Shown here piece after piece: positions 44,701-59,700 of a stretch of DNA of 64,000 nt. The position numbers were made by a program, and so were the translations under genes. Each line of letters opens with the position of its first letter. Position 1 is the first letter of the stretch. Source of the stretch: Rhizaria sp. SCN 62-66 (Eukaryota); assembly GCA_001724265.1 (NCBI GenBank), contig MEDY01000163.1:1-64000 (forward strand), written 5' to 3'. Under the pieces are notes generated by a model. That model was given only the letters and a program-made list of their open reading frames with translations, was not told the DNA's origin and made no database searches.

Positions 44701-47700
44701 CGCGGTGTACACAAGTCTCACTCGTCAGGATCAACTGTCTTCCACCGGCTTCGCGTTATGATCCCCTGGCGACGGCGACGACCGGTGTGCCAACTTTCTC
44801 AATTACATTTGTTTCTGAAGCGACAGGAATGCTGATTCCGGTGTTGGCTAACAAGTTCAAACTTCTAACGACACACGACTCCCAAACCACGAATATAGGA
44901 TATGCCGCGTATTCAACAACGCAGGTTACCTACGCGTTCTACGTTGGTTCAAATGGATTTGACGACAGTGCAAACACGGTCGTTGAGGATATCAACGTGT
45001 TAATTTTACCCCTGTCTCCCGCTGCCGCCGCCTCCGCTGCGGGGTCCTTTGAGTTCCAGATTGTGTCGCCGTGTCCGTTCAAGTTTACTTCTGGAGCGTA
45101 TGAGGCAACGTCGCCCAACGCAACAGCGCCGGCCGCTGTGTGGTCATCAGCAAGTACTTTAACGTTGACTCTTGGCAAAGCACCGCTTGGTTCGTATTTT
45201 CGCATGAACACCACCGATGGCATGTCTGCACCGGACTCAATCAGGACGATGTACCTGTCCGGGGTTGGGCCGGAATGTTTTAATCTGCGCTATCTCGGTA
45301 CACCCGTAGTTAACAACAACAACCCACTCGGCACGCTTTTGGGACCATACCCTATGTATTTGCCAACAAACATTACATTGGATATTGTTAAGTCAGAGCT
45401 CTACGACTACACTATGTCTGGCATTTCGCGCGCACTCACCATTAAGCTTAGCATCCACATTGGTGTCAACAAGACATTCCCAACGCTTGAGATTGTTTCT
45501 AAAGCGAACTGCGGTGTTTCTTTTTTGTTTGCCACACTCACTGTTGCAAACGGATTTATTATAAGCGCAAGTGCAAACTCTTCCACATTGCGTTTTGGCA
45601 GTGCCCGCCTTGTGTGTTGCGGGCGCCGATCCATGTCTTGCCACTCTTGCGAATGTTCAGATCATCACAGCCGTCACAGAGACAAGCTGGGCCCTGTCGC
45701 TGTCAGAGTCGTGTTTTAAAACTCAAGTTTATGTTGGAGCTGACGCAGTTGGTCCTCTTGGTGCGATAACAACTGATATGCCACTTTATACTAATGTGAT
45801 GCAGCTCCCCGGCTTCGCAATCCACGCCGTCGCATCTCCGGTAAAGACGATCACCATGCAGCCTCAACCGACCGTGGAATGGAAGTATCGATATGACCGC
45901 TACTTCAAGTCTCTACCGATCGAGATCATTGGCTTTAACATGGCTCCGCGCCGCAAGGACACGTACACCCTAACGTCTTTATGTGGCGGCATTCTATTTG
46001 ATAATGGAGTCTCGTCGGTGGCTGATAATGTGACTTTCGAGATGGACTTCTTAACACGAGATATTAACGTTGTTTACAGCCTCGTTATCACTATGTCCGC
46101 ACATTTGTTTACAAGCAGCATTTCTTCCAGCTGTTTTAAACTCGCACTTGCTTCTGACAACACCAAGGTTTTGACACGCAGGCCGATGGTATCTCTGACC
46201 GTGGAGATGCCACCACCGATTCTCGGTGTTAACGTCATGTCATCAGCTCCTGTCGCAATGGCGGAGCTGCCTGGCGACAGTACGTTTACAGTTAGCTATG
46301 AGATTATGTTGTTTTCTCCGGTTGTGCTTGACTCATCGGTCTCTGTTGTATTTAAGACAACGGGGTCGTGCTTTTGCCCGAATTTAGCGACTGCGACTGC
46401 AATGAAGTCCGGGTTCTCGATTGTGAACAGCACAGTCCTTACACCAGATGTTCCTGCTTCGTGCTCTGTGACGTCGTTTAAGGCGACAAACTTCACGTTA
46501 GTCTGCTCTTCTACACGGCCAGCAAACACGTTTACGGTATTCGGCATCTCATGCCCCACAGCGTTCAAGGCGTCTGCTCTGCTGCCATGTCTTACGGGTG
46601 GTTTGGCGACTTCACTGAACGCCTCTATCCCCACCGCGCCAATAGTAACTGGCATTGACCCCGTTTTTAACGGTGGCACGCACGTGTACCATTATGTGCG
46701 GTATACAGGCAGGTCGAACCCGTTTGGCGTGTCGCTGGCTCTTGGGCTTGCTTCAAAGATCATGCAGACTGTTGAGTTTGTGTTGATCTTCTTCTCACTC
46801 CCAAAAGATTCGTGTAACATCAAGTACGTTTCGACAAGTGAAGTTACTGTTGATGCTGTAGCTAACTCGTTGTTGCCATCCTCGACTGCGCTGATTGCAG
46901 GATGCTCAATGATTAACACAACAACTCTTGCATGCAGTCCAACGGCACAAGAAGTGTTTAGTACATTGCTCTTGACAGGAGTCGTGTCCCAAATTAGTGA
47001 CGCGAGTATTCTTTACGCTGCGGCGTATTTGTCGCTTCAGTTTGACTCTGTTATTGCTACTCATGTGCCTACAGATCATTTCTTGCCATTGGCAAGTTTT
47101 TCCGGACCACCGTTTGCTTACTTTATCAGTGGCGCGGATCCCGTTGGGTATTATACCTCAATTCGCTTTACTCCGCAGTTTATGATTGTGCCTCTCCATC
47201 CCACCATGGCAAATGGGACGACCCTCATCACCATCACGTTTAGTTGTAGCAGCACTTTCACTATCACAACCTCAATTCCGCTCACATTGCAAAATGCTGG
47301 CAGCGGCACGGCTATCTCTGCGACACTTACTGCAACAGGCGCTAGTCTTTCCATCAAGGCTGTCCTTGGCCGGTACATGTGGTTTGCTGCACCAACGGCA
47401 ATGCAGATTACACGCGCAATGTGGGAATCCAACTACCCTGCTGGTATGGGGCCGACATGCATGCAGGCGTCGACAAGTAGTGCCACCGCTGGCACCGCAG
47501 TTGGTTCACTCATCGGCCCTTTCCCAAGCGCGATTGTGCCTCCGCCGCTATACTATGTTACCGCCGCAGGAACTCCCGTGACAACTAACCTTGCGACAGG
47601 AGCTAGCTACACCCTTCGGTTTTCTTTTTCGCCACGCATTGAGATGCCAACTAAAAGCGTGATAAAGATTGCGCTTGACGCCACACTTCCTGGATGTGAT

Positions 47701-50700
47701 ATGGACGTTTCAGGCTTTACTTTATCGACAGCGTCCGTTTCCGTGGTGACCACGGTGCGTAGTGGAGTTTTGGTTTGTTCCAAGACTCTTGCCGCCAAGT
47801 CCTCATATACAACGACCTGTGTCGGCAGCTACAACTTTGCCACTGATGGCGAGATTCTCCTTTCTCTTGGCCCTGTCGAAATCACCCGTGTTGCAAATAC
47901 GTACGCGTCAGTGCTTCACGGCGCATGTATTCTCACATCGATTGATTATCAAAACACGGGCTTTACAGATACGTATTCAATTACTCTTTCGGGCGCGTTT
48001 AAGCTGCCAAATATTGTCAGTGTTATCCCACAGCACACTATAGCGGAACCGAATCTTCCAGTGTTGATGCTGCTCGGTAAAGCCGCATTGCCATCCGGTG
48101 TCGTCAAAGAGTTCCGCATCGATATGCCAAATCATGTTGCGGCGTTAAATAGCTCAACATTTACGTTCATCCGCCCCACAACCTCAACGGTCTTTTCTGG
48201 CTTCACACCAACGCTCGACATGATGCACAACCAGCTCTCGTTTAGCGGCAAGTCAAGTTCGCTTCAGCAGTGCAACTCTGTCGCTGGACTCTCGAGCTCG
48301 TGCGCAGCTTTGATGTCGTTTACTGATATTGCCGCCGATTACACAACTTTGCTTCCTTTGTTTGAGTACGCCCCAGTGTGGGACATATTATCTACTCGCA
48401 CCGGCATTGTGTCATACGCACCGCTCACACGTACCCCACTAGTCGCACAGGGCAACTCTGGGCGTTTTACGTCCGCATCGCTGTCGTACGAAAGCAAGGA
48501 AACAGGCAATAAGCTGATGAAGCTGGTGCTCCGGTACACACTGAGCTTCAATAGCAGCACACTTACGCACATGATCACCTTTCCTTTCTCTGCCTCGTAT
48601 GCCGGCGTTTTAGTGGCTTACACAGGCTTCGACACCCTGGTATGTGAGGCGAATGCGTGCATCGGAACAGCAAACGCGGCCTATAGCGGTTACAGTGCTA
48701 CATTTGATGATATCCAAGGTTTATTAGCACCGTTTCAACTGATAACCGCGACCATTGCTGTTTATGATTCTGTCAAGAATGCTGATCTCGTCCTAGGTTT
48801 GAGTGCTGCTCTATCCCGGGAGGCGCGCGCTCTCGAGGCTTATGAACGTTCACAACGCCCTGTGGCGTCTCAGTATGTCTCATCCCAATTGACATTCTTT
48901 GGTGGCTTACCAGTGCCATCGACGTACGGCCACACTATCAGCGGTGATGATGCAACAATTATCTCGACGTTCTCCGTGGCACTTTTGAACGCACACATCT
49001 ACATTGTGCCTGACAGGCCTGATATTGATCTTGTGACGCAAGTCGTTCCTACATCACCCCATCTAGTTAGCGGGGGCACTGCGACAATTGTTGCGATTTT
49101 CGTTTACGATTCTACCAACGTTACATGCAACGGTACTGCAAAATCGGCCGGAGTAATTTCTCTTCGGGCTTGCGTCACAACTCAATTTCCTTTACTGCGT
49201 CTTCAGGTTACAATGTCGTACCTCAAGTATATTCCTATTCGCGGGGTATGGCTTGACGTGCTGTTTGGTTCTGATAAATTTTCCCGGTTCTCAATTGAGC
49301 CACCACCGACGCCGCAACTGATGACCATTGCTATGCCTCCAGTGCTTGCAAGGACTTCTCCCTACGACACAGTGACGCTCAGCGTCACTTCAGCCAAAGG
49401 TCTTGTTATGTCCAAGGTCTATGCAGACGCGCTTCTGCTTATATTTACTCTTTCTAACACAGATGCGACGCTTGCCCAGTGTGGAACGGCTGCAAGTCAG
49501 GTTACATGGCAGACTACTGGCATCACAGCGTGCGCGCTTGCCCGCTGTACGTTTGATGCAGCAACTACCGCAAGCCCTATCGAGACGCTGACGTGCACGC
49601 TACCAACAACAAAGAGTAGCTGCTATGGTAATGCGGTTGCCACAGTGACGGATCCTATCAAAATCGCTCTTAAGCAGTGCGTGCGCCACGACAGCGACTT
49701 AGGCCGTACTCCAGCACTCACAGTTGCAATTGGCGAGAGCGCTAGCAAGCCCTACTGGCAAGGGAGTACGTATCTGACGAACGTTGGTGGTATCATAACA
49801 CCTGTAACAATGCCTGCGATGACGAATGTTGCTATTGCTGGTGGGCGTCGTTATACTGGATCTATTCCAGCTGCGCAGTGCGCGCGTGGCTACAGTATGT
49901 ACGCAGACGACATCCTGCGCGTTTACCAGACCATGCACTCTAACTTTGTGCTCTACGGTTTAAACGCGAGTCTTCTTATTAAGGACAACACAGATGGCGA
50001 CAAAACACTTGTGCCGGTTGCAATGACATATACGAGTATTGATTTCGTTTTGCCAAGTAGCGTTCAGTCTGCTTTTATTTGTTCAAGCACTGTTACCGGC
50101 ACGTTTGTGCTGTCCACGCAGAACTCTTTGCCAATAGGCAAATTGTATTTCCGTTTGATGACGCGGTCCGGCGTCAAGATTGAGTATAATGGTGTCATTT
50201 CTGGCACAAGCTCAATGGTGCAGGATATGACCGCGACGAACACTGCTTACAGTGGCTGGGTTACCCGCCGCAACATGAGTGTTCCTGAGCTTTCGTTTAC
50301 AATTGATATGGGTGACCGCGCTCTTGGCGCTCCATATTACGTCCAAGCAACTTTTACGTCGCTATGCGTCTACTCGTACAGCATGGCGCGCCTTTTTCCA
50401 CCTTCGACAGACAATGAACTACTACGAGTCATCCTGCATGATGAGCCGAGCGTTCTGAGCGCTGACAGCATCACGCTTATGTTTTCAACCAATATGACAA
50501 CCGCTTTCAGCGCCAACGTCAAAGTTTACGGTCTCTATTGCAAAAGTGGAAGTCTTGCATTTACGGCGTATAACCCAGTTGATACCACCGAGTCGCTGCC
50601 ATTCCTCTCACTTGTTGTTCCGGCCCTGACGGGTGACGCTAATTTTGTGGGCCAAGCTGTTGTCGCGGGCGCATATAAGACGCAAGTCAGCGGCGTCCCA

Positions 50701-53700
50701 ACTGGCCCTGCTACTAACTTTTTTTCCAAAGGTGCAGCCACGGTTCAGCTGCTAATTCCGTTTACTAGCATTGTGCCTATCACACGCACTACAACTATTG
50801 TTATCACTGGCGTCGGGATCTCAACTTGTGCCAATGCTGCATTGCTCGGGAGCGACATGACTCGCGCTAGCGGCTTTACAGCAACAGCAAGTGCGGGATG
50901 CAAGGTCACACTGAAATTTGCCTCTCTACCAGAAAATGTCGAGCCCTACACCCCGCTTTTTCTGGTTGTCATTGACGCAAAGCCACTTGACACAATCAAC
51001 AGTGATTTTGACTCAACTGCCGACTCCTTTTCTGTGCTCATTAGTAATACGCAACACCTCGTCCTTGCCCCCATTAGCGTTCGACCGCAGCTAAGTAAGT
51101 ACCACGAGCTTACCGCGTCTGCGATTACAATGACAATGTCTACGACGACGCGTGCCAACAAGATCTCGTTCACCCTCACCGGCAATGGTAAGCGCATTAT
51201 TCCGATTGGCGGTCCTCCCATGACTCTTCGTGTGCGAATTAATCTTAAGAATGCAGGCGTGTCACTAATGACCGAGGGCGCCACGCTTACCGTGACTCCG
51301 AAAGGCACTATCGCCACCCTTGTAGTCAAATCAACGACGTTTACAGGAGAGCGGGTCGTGCCACACGGAGAGCTTGCGACTGGGATCCAGAGTGCGGTCG
51401 ACCTATCTTTTGAGTATGTGTTAAACACAACAGGAACGCAGTACTTTTCAAGCGGGTCCTATGGCTTTGCTTTTACCATTGACAATGTGCATGTGAGGGG
51501 AGGACTGCTTGCTACAATGCCGACATATTTAGCGGTGTGGCTCTTAAACGATCTGGACCCTGTCTACAGCTATGTTCCAAGCATCGCCGTGTCATTTCCC
51601 GTATCTTTGAAAACAGGACGCTTTACTTCTGGGCTTTATGCTTTGTCAAACGTACCAAGAACTTTGTTTCAGCGTCCGCACATGATGGGAGCGAGTGCCG
51701 AGAACTTCGCGACATATCAAACTGACCACCTTGGCTCTGACGGCCCGGGACTTATGACATGGCGCGCACGGCTATACATGACGTCAAATCGTGCAGTTGT
51801 CATAGTTCTTCCACAGGAGATTACGGCTGCTGCGACGAGAAGCAGTTACATTGGCACTTTCTACACAGATGTATCATATACAGAGGCGATCGATATTCCC
51901 GAGTACGAATACGACGGGAAGACAATCCCCGCTCAGACTATTTACGTCACGCGTACGGGCAGGACGTCACGACCTGCTTGCGTCGCGTGCACCGACGCTG
52001 TAAAGTCTCTTATCTGTGCGACCCCAAGCGAGTTGAATTTGCGCGGTGGAACTGCAAGCATATGCTTGCTGTCATTAAGTGAAGGTTGCATAACTTGCTC
52101 AGTCACTTCAAATTTGTTTCCGTCGACTTATATGACTATTGAGATTGCTAATCTTACGCGCACCAAAACAATCACTAATAGCGCGCGCCGCTTCCCGTTT
52201 ACAACAATCTTTGGTGCTAACAGTGCTATGACTACTCTCACATCACCATCCTACTTTTACTCCGCTGGGCTTAACCGCAATTGGGATTTTGGCACTGCGA
52301 GTCGGTTTATTAAATCAGCAAACTATACTCCGACTCCTGATGTGCTCAAGATTGACACTGCGAATACCACCAGCGGTGCTGTTTGCCGTACGATCGACAT
52401 GATGACGAATACTATCTACGCAGTCTCCAATACTGGCCACTTGTCTGCAGTCTACATGCAAAACGTGGCGTCGTCTGCAGGGCTTGACAACAGTCCTATC
52501 GGAAGGTGGGTGCGCCAGGAGCAGTACGCGTTCATGCTCCTACAAGACACATGTTCAGTGCGCCACTGTTGGATCACAGTTGCACCAGATGCACTTCACC
52601 TTGCTATTAACCTGAATAACGAAATTATTCTGCTTGTTGAGCGCGCACAACGGTCATCGTTTACAGTTCTCAGTTCACTGGTGTTGCCATATAGCGAGCC
52701 TCCACTCGACGTGCTGTCAAATAAGCCTTTCACCGCAAGGCTTTACTTTGCAGGCTGGCAGAACACGTCTATTGCGTCTTTATATCTTGTAACGTTGAGT
52801 GGAAGCATACGCATGATTAGGGTTGATGCGAACTATAATTGGCTTACTCTATCGGCCACTACAACCGTCTTTAACGATACACGCATGACATCCATTGCAC
52901 ACGATCCTGCGACGAATGTCATGGGTTTATGCGGATTATTGAAGACGGATCCGTTGGTTGTCAAGTGTAATATTATCCGCTTCACTGCATCTCAACTCAC
53001 TCTCGTCAAAACAGTGCACATGGAAACACCGTACTACCTGCTCCCAACTGCTGCAACGCTTTGCCCACAATCCAATATCAACACATTTAGTGCTTTAACA
53101 GATGAATGTATCATGGTTTCCGCAAGCCTGCTAGAGGCCACATCCGCGAGTCCGAATCCTCAGCTCCGTCAGTATTTACTTCGTTTTTCACTTGACACTG
53201 ACACCAAGCCGCTCATTTCAGCGATCATTAACACATATCCTGTTGTGGCGTTAGAGTTTACAGGATATCAATCACAAATCATTGTGCATCATGTTGGCAT
53301 GGACCAGCGAGTCGTAATGCGGACATTGACGCGAATGGACGGTCAAGGACGATTTGGATGGATGACTACCGACCGTATTGTCGTTGACATTGCGCGCGAC
53401 CCAAGCAGCGCAAGCATCATGCTTGACGGAAGTCGCTCTGTGATGTTCTATTTGTCGCCAGATTACCAGGTTACTACACTGTCGGCAGTGCCACGTGTTT
53501 ACAGTGCGACACTACAATCCAACAATGTGATATTGTTTTCCACCGACTGGATGATGACCGCAAACTCGACAGTTACTTTTGGCCCGTCTGCGTCCAGCCA
53601 AACAGCGATTGCGCACTTGACAAGTGGTGCAGTGACGACGCTTAGCAATGTTAGCTATGCGAGCAACGTCAACTATATTGACACGGTTCAGAATCCTCTC

Positions 53701-56700
53701 TCTATGCAGTATCAGTCACGCAACTTGATTGATTTTTCAATTAAAGTTACGTTCCTGTCCAGCGATAGCGGAACTTCCGCGACAACAAAGGTGATGCGTG
53801 GGACGCCTCCTGCAGTACCTGGTACTTCTTTATCTATTGAACGGTCAACGTTATTTTCCCCTGTTGCAGGCACTGAAACCTCTTGGGCACTGGCACTCCG
53901 TATTAGCCTTTCTCGTGCTGCAAACAACTTTAGTGTTATATTGAACACGCCTGGCATTTTGTTTACCAGGGCGCTGACTGGGACTGGACACTGCACTAAC
54001 AACGGCGCTCTCACAATCATATGCGACACAAGTAAGACATGTTTATTTAAACCAAATTCCGGCGGCTCATTTGCTCTTTCGGACACGTACCGCTTTATCA
54101 TTTCCGGTATCGCTCTCTTAAAGTATTCCGACTATCTTCCTTCCGAGGACGTGCTCAAACTCACAATAACTGTCACCAATGGCAATTGTCCCACAACTTC
54201 TACCTGTATCGGTAAATATGTTGCAACAATGCGTGACATGATGCCCGTGCTTCCTCCAGCCTTGCCGGTGCTCACGGGCCTGGTTCGCACACCGATTGTC
54301 ACATCTGCCGTTGACCACACTATAGCGTGGGCACACGGCTACAAGTACTCGTGCATGGTTGCAAAAGAAATCGCACACTGCGTAGATCTGCAAAAGACAA
54401 GTGTTTGGAGCGGGAAAACACGTTTGCGGTACTTTGAGGCTGCCCCGCGTCCAACACAACCTCTGTGTCCGACATGCAGCCTCGGGTCGACAATCTCTGC
54501 CTTTGGCAGCAGTCCTCATGGCACGCTCGCCTTTTTTGGTCGAACAATGCCGTACTCTATCACCAGTGACCCTGGAATTGTTTCCGGCAGCATGATCACA
54601 CCAGTAACTCCGTTTGTCTACAACAGCGATATCATCTCCCAACTTCAACCAGCGTCATACATTCATATGACGTCGTCTCGCCACGATGAGTACAACTTTG
54701 CGTTTGTTTTTAATCTTAAATGGGACCTTATTTTTGTCCGGAGGTTTAGCCCTGGCAGCGCAGAGCCTAACTCCACACGCACTGTTACTGGTCTTGATTC
54801 GGTTACGTCGAGTTTAATGGCAACGTTTGCAGCGGCCGCCCCACACAGCGGTAACCGTTTTGTGAGGATTGCAACCGACGACACGGGGCTGCAGATTGTG
54901 CGTACTGTTGACATCACTGCCCACACGTACAATTCTCTGTTTGACGCCACCGTTCAAGTGACCCTGATGTTTGTTTTTAAGACTGGCTACGTGCGCATGT
55001 GTCACGGGCCCGCACCTTCAGTCAACGTCACAGATCCAGCTATTGCTGTTGACAATCTGCTCAGGTGCCTTGATCCAGTTCTCGTATCCACAGATGAGTT
55101 CGTAGACGCCGTTCTTGTTCCCGGACCGAACACACTTATTATTGCAACTGCAACCGGCCGTTTTAAGCGAGTGCAGCCCAGCGTTGACGACCCCAACTCT
55201 TTTACAGTTACTGATTCGCCGCTTACTACTGGCTGCGCGACACACGCTCTTGCACTTCATCCCTCTCACACGCAACTTTCGTTTATCTGCGCATCTGGCG
55301 CGCTTGCGTCACTCACAATCAACCCAAATAATGCCGAGTTGAGCGAGCTGCGGTTTGCAGACAGGGGCTACCGCACATGGCTCGATTTGAGAGCGTATCA
55401 ACCGCAGTCGATCTCGTACTCTCACTTCGGCACACATTTGATGATCTATACCCTTGATAAGAGTAATATGGCAAGTGTCATTGCAGCACCAGTTCTTCCA
55501 TTTGCTCAACTGTCCGCTCCCGTTACACTTAACGAGACAATTGCCGGCGTATTGACCACCTATACTTTTGCGCTCCACCTCCCGCCGTACAACTTTAGCA
55601 ATGGCACATTTGCTGCTGTGGTATTTCCTGCTTCAACGCAATTGATGAGTCACAGAGTACTCACTAGCGGTGTTACCAACTGCACTCACAATGCTCTTGT
55701 TAATGGAAGCACTGTCATTTTCTACACTGTTCCTGCGTGTATTGACTCACTCAGTCTAATTTCCATTGCTATTCCAAACGTGGTGTCAGGTGCTGAGACT
55801 ATGATTGGCGAGACGACTTTGTACGCTGAGTTCCGCGTTCCCAGCGATGACTCAGATCACGCCACGTTACAGCTTGTCGACAAAGCACTTGAGAACTGGA
55901 ATCTGGCTATGCCTGTGACCTACACTGACTCCATACCGCTGCCGCGTATGCCAATTGGACTTGATTTTGTGCAGTGCAGCAACCACAGCGCGGTGATTAC
56001 CGGCGCGCTGAAGGCTCGAGTTGATCATCAATACTGTTTGAAGGTCCACACCCAGTCAGTCCAGACTTTGTCGTTAGATATTAGTATTGGTCGCGTTAAT
56101 CGAACCCTTGACGTGTTGGAGGATATTGAGTCTGTAAAAACTGGACAACCGCCATCGTGCCAGTTCGTGCCTTCTCGATCGCGCTATCTCACGGCGATCA
56201 AGCTTGAGGCTGGTCATGCAGTGACAGAGCCGATCGTATTTCGCTGCACGAGCGCCACAACATCCACTGGCGCAGATATGCGTGTCCTCCGCATTTTCCT
56301 GCCCGAGATCAACACCGAGTGGCAGAGTGCCCCGTTTATGATTGCACCCACCATTGTGATTGCAACGCGCGTCGCACGAGGCGCTGATATTATTTCCGAC
56401 CCACCTACACTTCCAGCAGGTGTTAAGTTTTTTATTCAAGGAGACTGGGACGTGCCGCCCGCTGAAACCATTATTCTCAAGCTTTCATCAATAGGCTCAG
56501 TATGTTCATATACCACCGGTATAACATTCCTGGCCGATTGGATGGCGTTTACCCAGTACAGCTTGCAAAAAGAACTTCACACAGTGACTTGCTCAACACC
56601 AAGCACTAGTGGTGTTCAGTTTAGCTATGCCGCTCTGCCTGCCTTAGTGTTTATTGAGATGAAGGTTGTGATGCGACCTATCCTTGGGTCTGTATTTTTA

Positions 56701-59700
56701 CAACCACTGACTAACATCAACGAGCCTATGGTGTTTAACCATAATAGTATTTATAATATTTCTCTTGTTGCGACTCCTGTTCCAACAACGAATTTTCACG
56801 TTGAGTTAACATGGAGGAAATTTGGCCTTTCTCTGCCGGTGATGCCATGCGGGTTCTATCCCAATAATCCATCCACATTTGCAACCACACTAACAACGCC
56901 TGTTACGCTGAAGCTAAAGTGCTCCCGGCCTATTGCTAAGGAGGAGCTTGTCGAGCTCTTCATCAACGTTAATGCTAATGGTACACAACCGTACGAAGTG
57001 GTCAACAACAATATTGTGACTGCATACGTTGAAGCGACGACGTCTACCTGGCCTGATGCCTCGAGATTTCCTGTGCTTACTGTGGGGAGTCTCACACTGA
57101 CACCTGCACGCCCATTATCACACAAAACCACGGTGCGCTACACAGTGGCTGACGACGATGCTCGCTGTGCTTTTTCATCTGTCAAACAGGATCTTGCGCC
57201 GTACACTTCATCACAAACTGCGTTTGACTTGGCTGACTCCAATGCGCCCAATAGCAGCGACACAACAATGAACGACTATACGACATCCTTTTCAATTGGC
57301 TCAACGTCGATTAAGGTGAACGTGATATGTGATACGGGCGCTATGGGCCTTGATGCTCGTATCCGCTACACTATTCTCCACGGAACCCCGTTGCGAAATG
57401 AAATGATTAGCACAGGTTTCTTCACACTTCACCTCACTGAACGCATGCAGTTCCGCTCGAATAAACTGCCTGACGACAACAAGATGATGGACGACGTCGC
57501 ATTTGCCGACCAGCCCAACAGGGTACAGTTAGAGTACGCTGTTTTCAAGCATACCAACAATCTCGATGTCATATTCTACTACAGCAGTATTCAAGAACAT
57601 TCGGAGAAATGCACATTCACGTCGCTGGGCACGCCCATGACCATCTCCACGGACTCTCGACTCTATAACATCAGTATCTCTAACCTGACTACCAGTGGCG
57701 TTATCGAGCTGCTTTACAGCTGCACGCAACCTTTTGCCAACATCTCATTTGCGGTCGAAATACTCACCGGTGCTGGTCAGAAATATGAGACGAACCCTTT
57801 TAGTATCTTTGGGACGCTTAAGATGAGTATGTTTTCGTTAGAAGCTGGAGCTGTGCCGTTTATCATTGCTGGCCCTGACGCCCTTGCTGACGTTGTAGTT
57901 CCGCTGTCTATTGTTCACACGCTTACAATAAGTTCAACGCCCCAAACGGGGAATATGACCCTCATTGCTGAGATTCCAATTCGTAGTGGACATTGCAGCT
58001 TTAAAAGCAATTTGAACACGTGTATTACAGACGCTCTTGGCGCATGCAACCTTTTCCTCCGCTGCAATACGCCTGCGCAGACGCCGCCCTTTGTGACTGC
58101 ACACTCCAGCGGCTTTTTTGCATTCAATCAGCCTGTTTCGGCCCGTCTACGGATGAAGGGTAGCCTTGTTGTCCAGTATTTAAACGCGTCCGTCGACCCT
58201 CTGGCCCCCACGTTTCTTGCTGGCGAGTACTACGGCGTCCGTGTGCAGTTTGATCCCATCCCGGATGAGCCCATTGCTGTTGCCATTTCACAGCTTACAT
58301 CGCTTTCTAGCTGCGTATTTTCGCTTAACGGCGATAGGACAAATATGCAGCGTTCGATTACTTGGACCCACACAATGTTGACAGATATGCTATATTTTGG
58401 CGTAATTTGTAAACGTCCCCACGTCGTCGGCTCCATTATCTCCGTCGAATCAACTGCTTATTCTTACAGCATCGGGCCGATCCCTAACTACGGCCGCATA
58501 TCAATTGAGTATCGCATCCCGACAGAGATTGTCGGTTCTAACATGGATGTCACTGATCTTGACGCGCGCGCACAGTTTGCCGATACGCCAAGTGCATTGA
58601 ACGCAACTTTGGCAACACCATACAATCTGCGTGCACCGCTGACTAATTTGACAGTGTTTCGTCTTCGTTTGCGGCCTGCTGTAACTACACATACGACCAT
58701 TTACCTCAGTATGAGCGATCCCGCATCAGGCTGTCAGTTTTCTCTCCCTAACGAGAATGGAGATTTCAATCTTATGGGCTCTACCGCTCAGCTCGTCTTA
58801 GTCTTGGGCGAAGTCGATCGTGATATTGCGGTTTCGTGCGAAATGCCGCGTCTGGAGGCTTTTAGCATTATTGGCAACGTTCCTCATGGGAACCCTTATG
58901 TCCCCCTTGTATCACTGCCAATGAAGCCACGCGGCAGCATCCGAATGACAACAAGTGGCGTATCTCGCGACCTTGCTTTCAATGGCGACATCTTTTCCTT
59001 CCGCCGCTGGGTGCTGCGCTTCGTCTTATCACCGCCACCCGCTGACACAGTACTTCTTATTTTTGCAGTTGTTGCTGGCGTAAACCGCAGTGTTGTTTCA
59101 CACTGTACGTTTGAAGGTGAAAGCGACATCGATGTCATGCCTACTAATTCCACTAACACATTCTTTTTCACCCCCAATACTGCACTTGTTGGTGTCGCAT
59201 TATTCTGCCGCGACTCCATCCGAGAGGACGCATTCATTACAGCGCAAAACCATGCGGGGTTGTACGAGGACTTTTCTTCAGCACCATTTCGTATGCGCGG
59301 TGCGGCATGGATTGAAGATGCCGCCTTGCCCTTATATAGCCAGTTTCCGGGCACTGACTCCGTTCTTGTTGACGTGGCAGTAGCGGTTCCGCATCGGTTC
59401 CGTGTGCGCGTTGCACCCACTTTCACTCTACCAACGCTGGTGATAGTTAGTGTCGCTGCAGCACACTGCAGTCTCGGCCTACTTCGCTATGACGCCTTTG
59501 ATGTGCCAATGTACAATCCCACTGGTGCGAGTATCGAGGTAGAAATTGCTGCTCACAGCAACAGCACTGACGCTTTCATTATTTGCGACTCCGTCGCCCA
59601 CAACATCGTAATCCGGCTTGCACCCAGTGAGACAACGCAGACATACGTCAGTGTTCACGAGACAGGTGGGTTTTCCGCTCGCAATCGTTTCAGCTTGAGT

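Noticed and set aside
41745-45719. Calling the giant gene a conventional pseudogene or several small genes
   Set aside because: All five interrupting stops are TAG in one frame, and more than 6,100 downstream codons are fully open. Not formally excluded, given the one frame break.
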